From IMG/VR virus record IMGVR_UViG_3300025174_000005: 64,000 nucleotides of DNA; one strand, written 5' to 3'. The notes under the pieces were generated by a model that was not told where the DNA came from, searched no databases, and saw only the letters and a program-made list of their open reading frames with translations. Source of the stretch: a virus. Below, piece by piece: positions 1 to 12,400 of the stretch. The stretch's first letter is position 1; each line of letters opens with the position of its first letter. Made by a program: the position numbers and the translations under genes.

Positions 1-1
1 C

Positions 2-3000
2 GGTGAAGTCTGGGTTATATGTTGTTACATTAACTTCTATTGGCATAATACCATAGGTGTTCTCGTATATATCCATATACCAATAAGCCCTACCATATTC
101 ATCTGTGGCCGTATCATTAACTTCATCTATTGTAATAAGTTGTCTATCTGGATCAATAGGATTACCAACCTCTGGACTATCCACGGCAGGTACATATTGC
201 CTAACAAACACCCAATCACTAATGTTCAATTTATAATTAAACTTAATAGATGATGTGTTTGCTTCAATATAATCCTTATTTAATCTTTGAAGCTGTCCGT
301 TAACATATACCATAAGCAACCCCTTACCAGGAACAAATGGAGTTACATTAACTATTTGTTGATTTGCCGCATAGATATAAGTACTGTCATATATCGTATC
401 AGAAACTATATGTGTTTCTATTGTATCATCTTCATTAAGTTCGTAATTAAACATAACAGTTGTGTTATCAACTTCTACATAGTCGGCATTTAAACGCTGC
501 AGTTGTCCGTTAACATACACCATTAATTTCCATGTATCTAATTCAAATGTATTAGATAGGAATATTTCTGTCTGTCCACCCACTACTGTGTGTTTCTCAC
601 GCTTAACATCATCAAGGCGTATTCTTGTATAGATCCAATCTCCTGCATTTAATAGATTAGTAAATTCTATAGTGTTAATATCTAATTCAGTATAATCTCT
701 ATTAATGATTTGTAGTTGGCCATTAACCCATACAAATAATGTATCAGTACCCAATTCATATGGGTGAAAGAGTTTAAGTTTCTTATTGGTTGGATCACTA
801 AGTAAATTATCTGATACTACTTTAATTGGGCTGGGTGATGTAACTGGGGTAGGTAGTCCAACTATAGTTTCTAATACTCTACTTCTCGTGCGTCTAAAGT
901 TAACTACCGCATTAGGTATTGGTGTCCCATTAACATCAAGTAGTTCTACTGTAACTATCGCAACTTGCCTTACGTTTGTTCTAAATGAATTAGGACTAAC
1001 CCTACAGGTTAATTTAGTTGGTATAGCATCTTCGTCTGTAAGATAAACAAATCCATTAGTGTGTGGATTAAACAGAGGGTTTAGTGCTAGATTAGTATTG
1101 TGTAATCCATCCGATGTTTCATGAGTAACTTCAATCCTTGAATAGGACTGACTTAAATTAACTAAGCCTGATTCATAATTTACAATATAACTATCCCTTA
1201 ATCGATAGTTAGCCGTAAAACAAGCTGATGTCGGTATACATTCATAGCTATCTAAGGTAATTATATTATCTATTGCCGATGTATTTACACCATCCAGTGT
1301 AAGAGCTTCTATATCGGTGAACGATAAATACAATTGATTATCTCTGCCATTGCCACATATCTCTTCTGTAAACCATAGTGTTGGATTATAGTTCTCATCA
1401 CAAAAATTAACTTGACGTAGAGGTGTTTTAATGGTATTGCCGCTTGTGTCTATATCTACTAATGATACCAATACTGGAAAGTTATCCTGTAAGTCCTTGG
1501 TAGAGATAGTAAAACTATCTATGTTTTCAAACGTGAGGGTATTGGGTTCTGCAAACATATAAGACTTCTGATCATTGATGTAGTACCACCCACGATTAAG
1601 CATTACCCACCATTTAGCTAGGTAGTCTGTGTAATCTACGTGATAAGCAATATCTTTAACTATGTCTGTGGGGAATTCGTCTAGATGTCTTTTTTTGAGT
1701 AGTTGATCGACACTAACTAATAAATCATCAAAGTCACCTACACCACTATGAAAATCCCTCTTACGACCTATATCTAAATACTTAAAGATATTAATAGGAC
1801 CTACTGGTGGAGACGGAGGTATTACAACACTTGTATCAGCGAGTTCTAAACCTAGTGCGCCGTCATTATCCACTACCACTTCCCAAAAAGAACCATCGGG
1901 ACTAATAAGAAAGTCGCCTATGGATTCTGGCAATACAACTATATCCTCAACGGTTGCTGTAAACAACAATGGTATAAGTAGATTATCTATTGGAAAGCTG
2001 GATAAATCAGGATCTATTGCATTTGGAGTAAAACCTATTGTTTGTACTCGCTCTTTAAGTGAACCCCAGTAGCTCTTATCCCATATAACCTGTCCCCATA
2101 TTAATGGGGAAGCCTGTGTTAGTTCATGAGCAAAGCCCCTAAGCTCACGAGTAGTAGTCCCATCTGCATTTAATAGTGTTGACTTATAGTAATCTTGATC
2201 TGAGAAATCATGTACTGTTATATCTTCACAACTAATATAGCGTATTTCTCTATCTCGTAGTTGTAGGTTATCTGTAAGGGTAATACTGGTTGGGCATGTT
2301 GGTGTAATAGAACATTCATTAGCTGAAGTAGAGGTTGTAGTAACTTCTATTGGATCCCATAGATGTACTGTTACGGCTACATTAGTAGCGTCTACTCGTC
2401 CCAGATTAAGAAGGCTTATGGTTGTTTTTGCTATATGATCTAGACGTAATTCATTTGGATTAAACGCGAGTTTATGTTCGAGATCTAATTGAGGATACGT
2501 AGTATTTACATAAATATCTGCACGAGTAGATATTATAGGCTTAGTTAATAAAGCAATATTACAATGCCGCTCATCTAAATCTACCATTAATCTATCATTG
2601 GCAGATATATATGTGCAAGATATTATTTGATCTTCATCTAAATCGTTATTTAATTCAAATGTGTTATATCCTAATTCAACAGTATTTACCTCAATACCAT
2701 CTACAAAGACACGAAGTGTTCCCTGTATGTAATTGTTATTAGTTCTAAATATGTTTTGTGTTGGTAGTATTCTAATAGGCACATCAACTGGCGTAATATA
2801 AGCTATGTTTATCATCTTATTCATAGAGATAGGTATATAGCTAGTATGAAGTGGTGTTTCTCCGCTATACTCTATATTAAAATTTAACTCCACTGGAGTG
2901 TGTGAGGCTGGCACTAATGGGACTATCCACGTTATGGAGTTGTCTGGATTTAATACTCCACCTGAAGATATATCTTGAACAGTAAGATATTTAAACACTT

Positions 3001-3991
3001 CTATTGGTGTAAAGTTAATATAGATTGGATGCTCATATGGATGATTTATAGTAATTGAGTCTTGAGTGTTAGGCCACTCCGTATGATGTATTAGGAATAG
3101 AGAGTTAGCTAATGCATGCCTTAAGCCAGCTTCCGTAGCATTACGATTAAATAAATAAGCATCGCTTAATCGCTTTTGATATTGTTCGTTAGTCTCTCCA
3201 CTAACACGAGGTTCGCTTAATAGTAATCCTATTTCATCATATTCGTTGAAGATATGATGTCTTACTGGCTTATATGATATAGAATTTATCTTAATATCAG
3301 TGTATGACTTACGAAATACTAGTTGTAAACTACTGGCTCCAAATACCTCTTGCTTGAACGCGATATCGTATGTGGTGTAATGAACTTTAAATTCCTGGTC
3401 TAACGGAATAGAGCCGTCCGTAATAACTATTCTACCACGATACTTGCCGCCAGTTAATATATTACTAATTGTGTATTGCGACGAGGAGAGATATATGTCG
3501 TTAAATGATACCCACTCTACTAGAAGATTATCTGTTAGTATATCTATGCCTATTTGTCTGTCAAGAATTAAAGTAGCTGTGCCAGGAGATGTAAAAGTTT
3601 GTATGCTTGCTTTACCGTAGATAAAATCGTGGAACCGATCTACTACATCTATATCAATTGTATCTGTATTACCAGTTAATGTAGTAATACTGAGTGTGGC
3701 TGCAATAATTACACTATATATAATGTCTAAAGATGTATTTGTGTAATTGGGAAATCTAATATATGGATTACGTACGATCTCCTTAATATCTTGTCTTAAC
3801 TCTTCTTGAGTGAGAGCTATAGCATTTACAAGTTTAATTGCATTGGACGTAATTGTTGAAGGAATAATTATATCAGTAAAGGGAAAGTTCTTACGCGCTG
3901 CCGTAAATGCAGGTAAGGCGCCAATAAGTGCCTGGAGTTCCTTAGATACAGGATATTCTGTAGATGATAATGTGCGAATGTTATGAGGCAT
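2..3991 (-). CDS. Large baseplate wedge / tail-fibre attachment protein (>1330 aa, truncated at left window edge)
   Basis: Missing from the ORF track. ATG at 3991 (MPHNIRTLSS...); the segments I spot-checked are open and the frame appears to run off the edge. Contains the wedge-type motif FNEYDEIGLLLSEPRVSGETNEQYQKRL and repeated VxVNGQLQ..N.DY.E.D modules. Confidence 0.7.
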   Translation of the reverse strand, partial: MPHNIRTLSSTEYPVSKELQALIGALPAFTAARKNFPFTDIIIPSTITSNAIKLVNAIALTQEELRQDIKEIVRNPYIRFPNYTNTSLDIIYSVIIAATLSITTLTGNTDTIDIDVVDRFHDFIYGKASIQTFTSPGTATLILDRQIGIDILTDNLLVEWVSFNDIYLSSSQYTISNILTGGKYRGRIVITDGSIPLDQEFKVHYTTYDIAFKQEVFGASSLQLVFRKSYTDIKINSISYKPVRHHIFNEYDEIGLLLSEPRVSGETNEQYQKRLSDAYLFNRNATEAGLRHALANSLFLIHHTEWPNTQDSITINHPYEHPIYINFTPIEVFKYLTVQDISSGGVLNPDNSITWIVPLVPASHTPVELNFNIEYSGETPLHTSYIPISMNKMINIAYITPVDVPIRILPTQNIFRTNNNYIQGTLRVFVDGIEVNTVELGYNTFELNNDLDEDQIISCTYISANDRLMVDLDERHCNIALLTKPIISTRADIYVNTTYPQLDLEHKLAFNPNELRLDHIAKTTISLLNLGRVDATNVAVTVHLWDPIEVTTTSTSANECSITPTCPTSITLTDNLQLRDREIRYISCEDITVHDFSDQDYYKSTLLNADGTTTRELRGFAHELTQASPLIWGQVIWDKSYWGSLKERVQTIGFTPNAIDPDLSSFPIDNLLIPLLFTATVEDIVVLPESIGDFLISPDGSFWEVVVDNDGALGLELADTSVVIPPSPPVGPINIFKYLDIGRKRDFHSGVGDFDDLLVSVDQLLKKRHLDEFPTDIVKDIAYHVDYTDYLAKWWVMLNRGWYYINDQKSYMFAEPNTLTFENIDSFTISTKDLQDNFPVLVSLVDIDTSGNTIKTPLRQVNFCDENYNPTLWFTEEICGNGRDNQLYLSFTDIEALTLDGVNTSAIDNIITLDSYECIPTSACFTANYRLRDSYIVNYESGLVNLSQSYSRIEVTHETSDGLHNTNLALNPLFNPHTNGFVYLTDEDAIPTKLTCRVSPNSFRTNVRQVAIVTVELLDVNGTPIPNAVVNFRRTRSRVLETIVGLPTPVTSPSPIKVVSDNLLSDPTNKKLKLFHPYELGTDTLFVWVNGQLQIINRDYTELDINTIEFTNLLNAGDWIYTRIRLDDVKREKHTVVGGQTEIFLSNTFELDTWKLMVYVNGQLQRLNADYVEVDNTTVMFNYELNEDDTIETHIVSDTIYDSTYIYAANQQIVNVTPFVPGKGLLMVYVNGQLQRLNKDYIEANTSSIKFNYKLNISDWVFVRQYVPAVDSPEVGNPIDPDRQLITIDEVNDTATDEYGRAYWYMDIYENTYGIMPIEVNVTTYNPDFT

Positions 3992-3999
3992 ACGTTCCC

Positions 4000-4812
4000 T
4001 TAAGTTACGTTAATAGTCCCAGGTATTAAAAGTTCATCCTCATTAGGGATGTAATCTCTAAATAAAACCAGGTCTTCGTTAATACGCATCTCTGTTATAT
4101 TAATATCTAGAATATCAGAAGAAGTATTGAGTGAAATACTAATAAGCTGATCAAAAATAATTGTATCGCCAAGAGATAGTGTATCTATGTAATTAATAAT
4201 ATTTAATTTAACAGCTTCTCTTAATGCTGGTCTACTTGCAAGATTAGTGTCTTTTCTAAACAATACTTGTAGGTTAATGTCTACTGCCATCTCTATGGGC
4301 TTAGTAGCTATGCCATATACACCAAGAGCCTTATGTTCATCTATAACCTGTTGAGTATTGGCTAGTTCCATATCAGATAATGGACCTGTTTCTGGCAGCA
4401 CAAATACCTGAAAGCTTCCAATACCAAATGTGAAATCTCTTACGATAGCATCTCTGATATTATCCAAAACAAGTATTTGTAATCTTATGGCTGTAGCATT
4501 AGTATCAGCGAGTTCAAGTACTTGGTTGGTAATTCTAAATCTGAAGTTATCATCACGCTCGTTAGGCATACGCTTGATAGCAAATAAGTCACCTAGACCA
4601 TCTAAGAATACACCCTCAGCTCTAGATATTAGACTTTGTGCTAAGCCTATATCAAAATCTGTATATAGTTGTCCAAGAGTAGTATTAATACTGCGAAGTA
4701 TCTCTCTAACAAATGTACCTCGTGTATTTATTTTCTGTAGATCAGTGTTTGCGATTATGCGAGCTATTGCATTAGCATCTAATTCTTCTACGCTTCTTCT
4801 GATTATAGCCAT
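4000..4812 (-). CDS. Baseplate wedge protein (baseplate J-like)
   Basis: AEGVFLDGLGDLFAIKR..E.DDNFRFRI motif; position in the baseplate cluster. Confidence 0.7.
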   Translation of the reverse strand: MAIIRRSVEELDANAIARIIANTDLQKINTRGTFVREILRSINTTLGQLYTDFDIGLAQSLISRAEGVFLDGLGDLFAIKRMPNERDDNFRFRITNQVLELADTNATAIRLQILVLDNIRDAIVRDFTFGIGSFQVFVLPETGPLSDMELANTQQVIDEHKALGVYGIATKPIEMAVDINLQVLFRKDTNLASRPALREAVKLNIINYIDTLSLGDTIIFDQLISISLNTSSDILDINITEMRINEDLVLFRDYIPNEDELLIPGTINVT

Positions 4813-5237
4813 TAGACTACGTCCTCTCCCACTGGCTTAAAGCTTATACCTGTATTAAGATCAACAACAGCTACTACTGTTACTGTATTTTCAAATAGAT
4901 CTGATACACTAGTTAGTAAATAAAATGCTAATGTATTGGGTGTTAGAGGTACTGGTTCGATACGTAAATCAGATGGATTAACTAGATTATCAAATGACAT
5001 TGCTTGGGTAAGGAGTTCTACTCCTTCCATACCCGTCTCAGCACTATTGTGTTTGCCCATAAGACTTTCTAAATTAGAACCTAGCGTAGGATAAAATTTA
5101 TAATCACCCTTATTAGCTAAAGCACGAAGGGTCATGTTTTGTTTGAGAGCTGCTTCAGGAGGGGCAAGAACAAAGTCACCATCCTGAACAACAAAGTCAA
5201 AGTCATCTGTTAGAAGTAGGTCTTGGACATTTATCAT
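4812..5237 (-). CDS. Baseplate gp25/W-like sheath initiator
   Basis: 141 aa; DGDFVL...ALKQ...R...GDYKFYPTLGSNL pattern typical of gp25/DUF2634-like proteins; adjacent to the J-like gene. Confidence 0.7.
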   Translation of the reverse strand: MINVQDLLLTDDFDFVVQDGDFVLAPPEAALKQNMTLRALANKGDYKFYPTLGSNLESLMGKHNSAETGMEGVELLTQAMSFDNLVNPSDLRIEPVPLTPNTLAFYLLTSVSDLFENTVTVVAVVDLNTGISFKPVGEDVV

Positions 5238-5260
5238 CGGAGTTCTCCATAAATAATAGC

Positions 5261-6097
5261 TTATTTACCGAATATTTTCAACGGATTAAAGGGTATACTT
5301 GGAAGGGGAATTCCTCCACCACCTATACCAGGGATGCCTATCTTACCTAAACTACCTAATGATTGTTGTAGAGTATTAGTAATATTAGATAGGGGGTTAG
5401 CCTTCATTAGACCACCAAAGCTACCCAGGATGTTAGTGGGTAAGACATTACTCAATGATTTCATTAAGCTACTAGAGAAGAGATTAGTTGTCCCTCCTCC
5501 TATAAAAGGAACAATACTGTTTACATTAAATCCAGGGAAAGGTAACTTAATACCAAGTATTTTTTCAAATGCTCCTGAGCCATTAAACATGGACTGCATA
5601 TTTTGTACAAACTGAGGAGCTGCGTCCAAGAACTTAAATGGTCCACCACTAGGACTCTCTGTTGCGATAGCTGGATTAACATATTTAAAGTTCCACAGGA
5701 AACCCTTGGGATCTGTAATTAAATGGAACTTATGATGCAGATGTATACCTAAATCTGCCATCTCTAGTAGAGATGTGGGTCGTTTGCTGTCAACCTTAAT
5801 ACCAGTAACTGGATCCACATATATATCAGCAATAGACTTTTTGTTTGCATGCTGATGGAGTCTAAAGACGGAGCCACTGTCTTCATCAAGTACACCAACA
5901 TCATCTCTGTTAAATTGTTCAATCTCAGATGGATCAGTACTATTGACGTACCATAGCTTTTCAAGAGCAAGTTTCTTTTCGTAATCTAATCCTTCAGATT
6001 TAGATATCTGATCTAAAACATTAGTAATGCGAGCTTTGTCTTGAGCTAACTGTTGTTGTTCTTCCTGTAGGCTTTGAGTAGCTTTAGAATCCGCCAT
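5261..6097 (-). CDS. Putative baseplate/spike-associated protein
   Basis: Position between hub and gp25-like gene; Gly-rich hydrophobic C-terminus. Confidence 0.4.
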   Translation of the reverse strand: MADSKATQSLQEEQQQLAQDKARITNVLDQISKSEGLDYEKKLALEKLWYVNSTDPSEIEQFNRDDVGVLDEDSGSVFRLHQHANKKSIADIYVDPVTGIKVDSKRPTSLLEMADLGIHLHHKFHLITDPKGFLWNFKYVNPAIATESPSGGPFKFLDAAPQFVQNMQSMFNGSGAFEKILGIKLPFPGFNVNSIVPFIGGGTTNLFSSSLMKSLSNVLPTNILGSFGGLMKANPLSNITNTLQQSLGSLGKIGIPGIGGGGIPLPSIPFNPLKIFGK

Positions 6098-6473
6098 TTA
6101 GATTACTGCCTCCAGCTATGTCTATAAGTGGTTCAGTAACTGCGCCATGAGCTTTCTGCTGGGCGTTTACTGGATTCTCTGGTAACATCTTATGTGGTAG
6201 GTTAATAGATGTAATTCTAGCTGCTGTCGCATTACCACCCTCAAATGTAATTGTAACAGGTGTACCTATAGTTGGCAACTTATGCATCATACCGCGGTCA
6301 AAGACCGTATATGGTAATGGTGATTCATGTTCTATGGCAGAACCTGGAATTCTGTATTTAACCATAAAGTAGCCGTTGGTATACTTTGATGTTATATAAC
6401 CAACAGTAGTAGGTGGTTTATTAGTAATCTGTTCTGATATTAATGAGTTTAGGGCTTGCTGTATTTTATTCAT
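6084..6473 (-). CDS. Putative baseplate spike N-terminal OB-fold (gpV/gp45-like) protein
   Basis: LPTIGTPVTITFEGGNATAARI resembles the gpV-type P..G..V.V.F..G motif; synteny. Confidence 0.45.
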   Translation of the reverse strand: MNKIQQALNSLISEQITNKPPTTVGYITSKYTNGYFMVKYRIPGSAIEHESPLPYTVFDRGMMHKLPTIGTPVTITFEGGNATAARITSINLPHKMLPENPVNAQQKAHGAVTEPLIDIAGGSNLNGGF

Positions 6474-6490
6474 AAATTAATATTAAACAA

Positions 6491-9400
6491 CTAACATATT
6501 CCAAAAGTACTACACGGATCTACGGTATCTCCACTAAGTCCACTTAATACTTTGTTTGGTCCTAATGCGGCTTCAAAATGAAGATGTGGTTGACCAGGTG
6601 CTCCTGATACCCCTGAGCGAGCTACTACTTGTCCTTTGATAATACGTACTTTTTCACCGCGTCTAATGCGAGCCATAGTGGTTGGATCAAATTCGTAGTT
6701 CTGTAAGTGAGCATATCCAGCAGCAGTGCCATCATCATGATTAATAGCTAACCAGTTTCCATATCCCCTACCACTAGAACCTATCTGAGTACCTAGGGCT
6801 TCTACATATCCATCTGAAATTGCACGTATAGCTGAGCCCTCAGGAACACCTATGTCTATGCCTTGATGAATATGATCTCCTCGGTTAACACCGAAGGAGC
6901 TAGTGGTGGGTCCATTGCCTGGACGCACATACTGACCAGACTTAACGGGTACGGGTTTAGACGTATCAGCGGGTTGTTTAGATGTAGATGGAGGCAATGA
7001 TTTAGTACCTCCTCGCGCACCCTGAGGAGCCAACTCCTCATTATTGGTATTGGGTTGTTTACCCTTATACTCATCCTCAGCTTGCTTACCAGCTTCTCTT
7101 ATTTGTTTTATTTGTTGAGTAAAGTCATCACTAGATGCATTAGGTATATCATCTCCACCAAGGGTAACTACGGTACCCTGTCTATGACCTGCTATACCTG
7201 CAGTATATTCTCTACCTCTAAAGTTAAGAGGTGCTATAATAAGTGAATATTTACTAGATTGCCAGTATTCTATTGATAAGAATATACGATCAACTACTAG
7301 CCATACTAGTATATCTAGTACTAGAGATACTGCGAATTGTACAGCTGCCACAGGAGCACCAACACCCGTAGCTGCTTCACCTACTGCCGTAGCCTTAAGA
7401 ACCACACTGCCTGCTTTAATTAGCTGTATAATGTTTTTGCCCGCACTAGTTGTTGTCTTACCAGCTTTGATCATCTTACCAAGTGTATTTAGACGCTTGG
7501 CTCTAGCAATAATGTGTATCATGCCTTTGATTTTATTTAGGGCATCGCCGCCAGATTTAGAAAATTTATTAATAAGATCTTTGCCTTTAGATAAGGTAGA
7601 TGTAGTAGGATTTTCAAAACCGTCAACAATGGCTGTTGCTTGAGCTGAGTTAGCAGTTTGGAATAGTTGTTTTGTTTTATTTAATGTATTGCCTGCCTTC
7701 AATAAGGTATTTTTGAGTTTAGCAGCACTATGTGCTAACCATGTAGTAACCGCATTTCTTACAACAACAGTAGCACCTATGGCTGCTATGCCCACTAAAT
7801 AGTTAGCCCATAACCTATCACCTTTTACAGCACAGGCTATATCAGGCGTAATATCTGTAACAAATCCCGTATCAAATCCAAAGTGGTGAGTAACTGCTTT
7901 TATATCAGCAACACCATTCATCTCTACATATGAATCGGCTAAGTAGAATTTATCACATGGGAACGCCCACGGTGTACCCATAACTAATAGGCTTCCTTGA
8001 TACATCTCTCTTGCAGAATCACGAAGTAATGATCTAGTTATCTTGATAGCTTGTCTATGTGCAGAACTGAGTGGCCAACCATTAATGGTATTGTTAATTA
8101 AATCTTTAATTCCACCCCATATACCAGCTGTAAGAAAGTTTAAAAACAAATTAGGTATACCAAATCCAGCATGATCCCAAGGGTCACTAAACTTAGTAGC
8201 TAAGAATCTAGTATCAACTACTTGGTTCTTGCGATATTGAGGGAAGATGGCGCTATCTATTACTTGAGGTTCTATTTTAGGTTCACTGTCAGATACATAC
8301 CATACAGCGTGCATATCTGTATAAACAAGATCATTATTAACTTGTATGTCATTAGCTATAATATTACCCGAGGTAAATATATGAGCTTGAGAAAAGGTTT
8401 TGATTTTATATGCTACAGGTAGCCCAAAACGAGGGTCATTGATGTAAGCAGGATTAGGGTCGGTATTAGATACAGTTGTGCTTCCTGGAGCAGTTTGAGC
8501 ATTCTGAGCTAGTGTTTGGTTAAGCTCTCTACCGCGAGCTATAAGTGATTGCTCCATTAATACTTTTTCTAGTTGTGCACGGACTTCATCTGTATTGGGA
8601 TGATCAATATTACCGTTAAATATGGGTTTATATTTTTGATTTGTTAATTGTTGTAATTCTACTTCCTTTAGGATAATATCATTAGCAAGTAATGTCATTG
8701 CAACATCTGAAATAAGTATGTTTTGAGTGGATTGAATCATACGTAGTGAATTGAGGATGGTCCGAGTTAAATCTTTAATTCTTTGAATATCTTTAACACC
8801 TACTTGACTAGTAGATGTTTGGGTTACATTTATATTGTGTTCTTTATTATTTTGTATGTCCTTAGAGCTAACTCTATGATATGCATACCTAAAGTCATAG
8901 TATCCTTCTCCAAAGAAAAGGGTTGATCTATATTCAAATGGACGTACTTGTAAGTAAAAGTTGGGGCTTGTTTGCATACACAGGGTCATAACATCCCATG
9001 GGTTCTTATTGAATATAAACATATTAAGTTTATGGCCACCTGAACGAAGGAAGTCCTCCTGTGTAGGTGTATCTTCCTTCTTAGCTAATCTGGCTACATC
9101 AGCTGGTGAATATATATTCTCGCCTATTTCACCATAAAAGGCTTTAGGATCTGTGGATGCTAAGTAGAAACCCCTTAGGGGTTCTATTAAATCCATAGTT
9201 GTCCTTCCGAAAAAAGTTAAATTATCAAAGTTAATAGCTACACTTGCTAATATTAGTTGATCTGGTAATGGTATTCCTTTAGCATTTATTCTTTCTAGTG
9301 TTTCTTGCATGGATTGCACTAAAAATCGTTTATTGCTATTTACTTGAGCTTTCATGGCATTCATTATTGGTTCTGGATATACGGGCCTACCGAAATGTAC

Positions 9401-12400
9401 AACTTTCCAGCCCTTCCCTATTAGGGACATTGATTGACCAGCTGTTGATTTGCTGAGTGCGTCTTTTAAGTGTACCCAGAAATCTCCCATAAGAGTTTCA
9501 GCCATGTCACTTTCATCTTCAGCACTAGCTGCTCCATAGGGCATCATCATATTAACCATGAGATCTCTATGTTCATATAGCTGTATGTCTTTAATTTTGG
9601 CATTAGGCTTAGCAACGGGGAATATATTCATTAATTCTCTACCATCACCTTCGGCTATAACCTCTACTACTTCTCCTACCTCTGTAGCTACTACCGTTCC
9701 ATTAAACACAACGGGCAACCGCAATCCATTGGAACCATATCCCAATCTAAAATGTATGCGTATACCTGGGCGTATTGCTGTTTGCTCCCACTGGCGCGTG
9801 CGCTGTTCATTTATGTATTCTATTATCTCTCTATTAGGAATAAGATAAGCTAGATATGAAGCGCCCAACCATGCAAAGTAATCACCTATCATAGCAGGGA
9901 ATCCACCTAATGCATTATTGTTTGCTCCAGCATTAGTGGTTTGAAGAACATGTCTACCGTAATCAGCACCTAGATCTTGCCATCCACCCTGTACCATACT
10001 GTGGTATGCATTAGCAAATGTGAATGTAGCTATATGCACTGGTTCTCGACGATCCATACGGACCGTAGCATCCATAAGAGAATTTAGGCTAGCAAAGATA
10101 GGTATGCATTTAAACCACCATATCATTGGTCCTTCATCGAGTAACTGAAGAACATATGTAGGGAATGCTAATACCAATCTTCCTGTTTGATCATAGGTTA
10201 ATAAATCATGGTAAGCAGCTCTATCTGACTTACCAGGTTTATATCTAGGAACAGGGGCTGTTGCAGCTATAACATCATTTACTGTATTGGATTCTGTATC
10301 TGTCTCTGCTAATATCTGTCTAACAGATCTGTTGGGTATTTCTATTTTCATCTGAGCGGAATTATTATCTCCATGTGTACCACTCTTTGTTTGCACACCA
10401 CCAGTTAACTGAGCATTGGCCTTAAATTTACCTGATGCACCAAGAATATTATTAATATATGCTTGAACTGTAGGTTTTTTAAATGCTGCTCCTGATAGTA
10501 CGTTACCTAGACCATCGTTATATGCAGCAAGAGCTTGCTGATAGTCTCCCTTAGTTGCTTTAAGTTGTAATCCTAAATACTTAGCCGATAGGCGTATATT
10601 GATTTCTGGATCGTAAAGCTTATTAAGTAATCGCTGGTTGTTGATTTTCCCCGTATTACTAAATGTATTAATTATATTGGGATCACAAGCAGCCTTCTCC
10701 TCAGCTCCAAGAAAACCACCTAGAGCTCTAGATGCATCACATGCAGCGGCAGGTCCTAGCTGACCCATACCCACATATCCAGTTGGGCTCTTAGCATGAG
10801 CCTGAAAATTACTCTCTGTTCTAAATAATTCTGTTAGTACAACTGGATCTATATTATTTTCTTTAGCAGCAGAAACAATAGTATCTTTTATTTTTGACAT
10901 TTGTAATTCATCTTGCACCGAATTGTTAGCATAAGTATCTATAGCTCTTGATGGTATAGATATATTATTGGTTTTAGATTCTATAGCTACTAGTGTAATA
11001 GGAGTTGGTTTAGTTGATGCTGGTAAACCTAAAGATGTTTCTATTTTACCTGTTATACTTTGAGGTACTGGTTGTGGCCCTAAAGCTGCTGAATTAAATC
11101 TTTCTATTTCATCTAGTTTAGCTTTAAGATCATCTGCCCTAGCATTAAATATATGCTGCTCAAATTTATCTATACGCTCTCGCTCTTCTTTAGTGGTTGC
11201 ATTTGCTTTTGCTTCTTCTAGTATCTTACGAGCTTCAGCATCTGTCTCTTGAACTAGCCTAGCATTCTCACTAACTCCTATTGATGTTGTATCTATAATG
11301 GAGTTAACCATTTCATTCATAGGTAAACCATCATGATGCGGATGAGTAATTATACTCCCGTATTTCTGCCTACCTATAGCTTTTGCTGTCATCCTATCGT
11401 TTGTACCATCAGGATTAACCGAGAAGTTAGAAGCATAGGTCATTTCTAAACCATCGATCTCAGCATCATTGAGAGCATCTAATATGTGTGCTTGAAGTAA
11501 TCCTACCCATGTAGTTTTATCCTGAGATAGTGGCCATGCCATATAGAAATCAGGATCAACATACAAACCATTATTTTCTTTAATATGTCTAACTAAGATA
11601 GCTCGTTGTTCTGTAAACTCAGGAACTAGTTTGATGATATCAAGTAATCCCTGACTAAATTCTTTAAAAGTAGGTAATTGAAGATCTGGATAGAGTTGCA
11701 AGGTTTGCATACTCTCTAAAGCCATCTCTATTAATTCTTTATCTATACTACGACCAGCACTTTCAACATTGGTATTGTTTTCTAAGTACTTCTTAAATTC
11801 ATCTGATGCAAAGAAGTCGCTTTGAAATACGTGTTTAACATCTTTAAATGCTCTTTCGGCGCGATTGAAAGAAGCGAAACTCATAGTAATCTGACGCCAG
11901 CCAGGGAAACCCTGTACGTCATCCATAAGGATGACTTGTGGTACTACATATCTGATACCTAATAACTTTAAGATAGGATGATCTATGGTCATAAAACCAT
12001 CGTTTATTTCAAAGCGATATTCTCTAGCATATTTCTGAGCATTCTTAAATAAGTTTACTAAGTCTGTTATGAGATTATTGTCATTATTAGCAATTAAGGT
12101 AACAACTATTCTATCTTCTTGTGAACCCATAAATTGGTGAGGGGCAATCTCTTGATCGTGCATACGCATAAGAGTAATCTGATTTTCCATTGTTACGCTC
12201 ATCTGCGTGATAATAATAGGTTCTTGTGTATTTAAGGTTAAGAGATGATCTGAGATACCATTTTCTATCCATTGAGTTCTTAATTTCTTTAGTGCATCTT
12301 CTAGATCTGCGACTTGTTCTCTAGCACGGGATAGTTCTTGTACACGAAGTAATGCACCTATGCGCTTACGTTGCTCTAATGCCTCTTCTGCAACTAGACT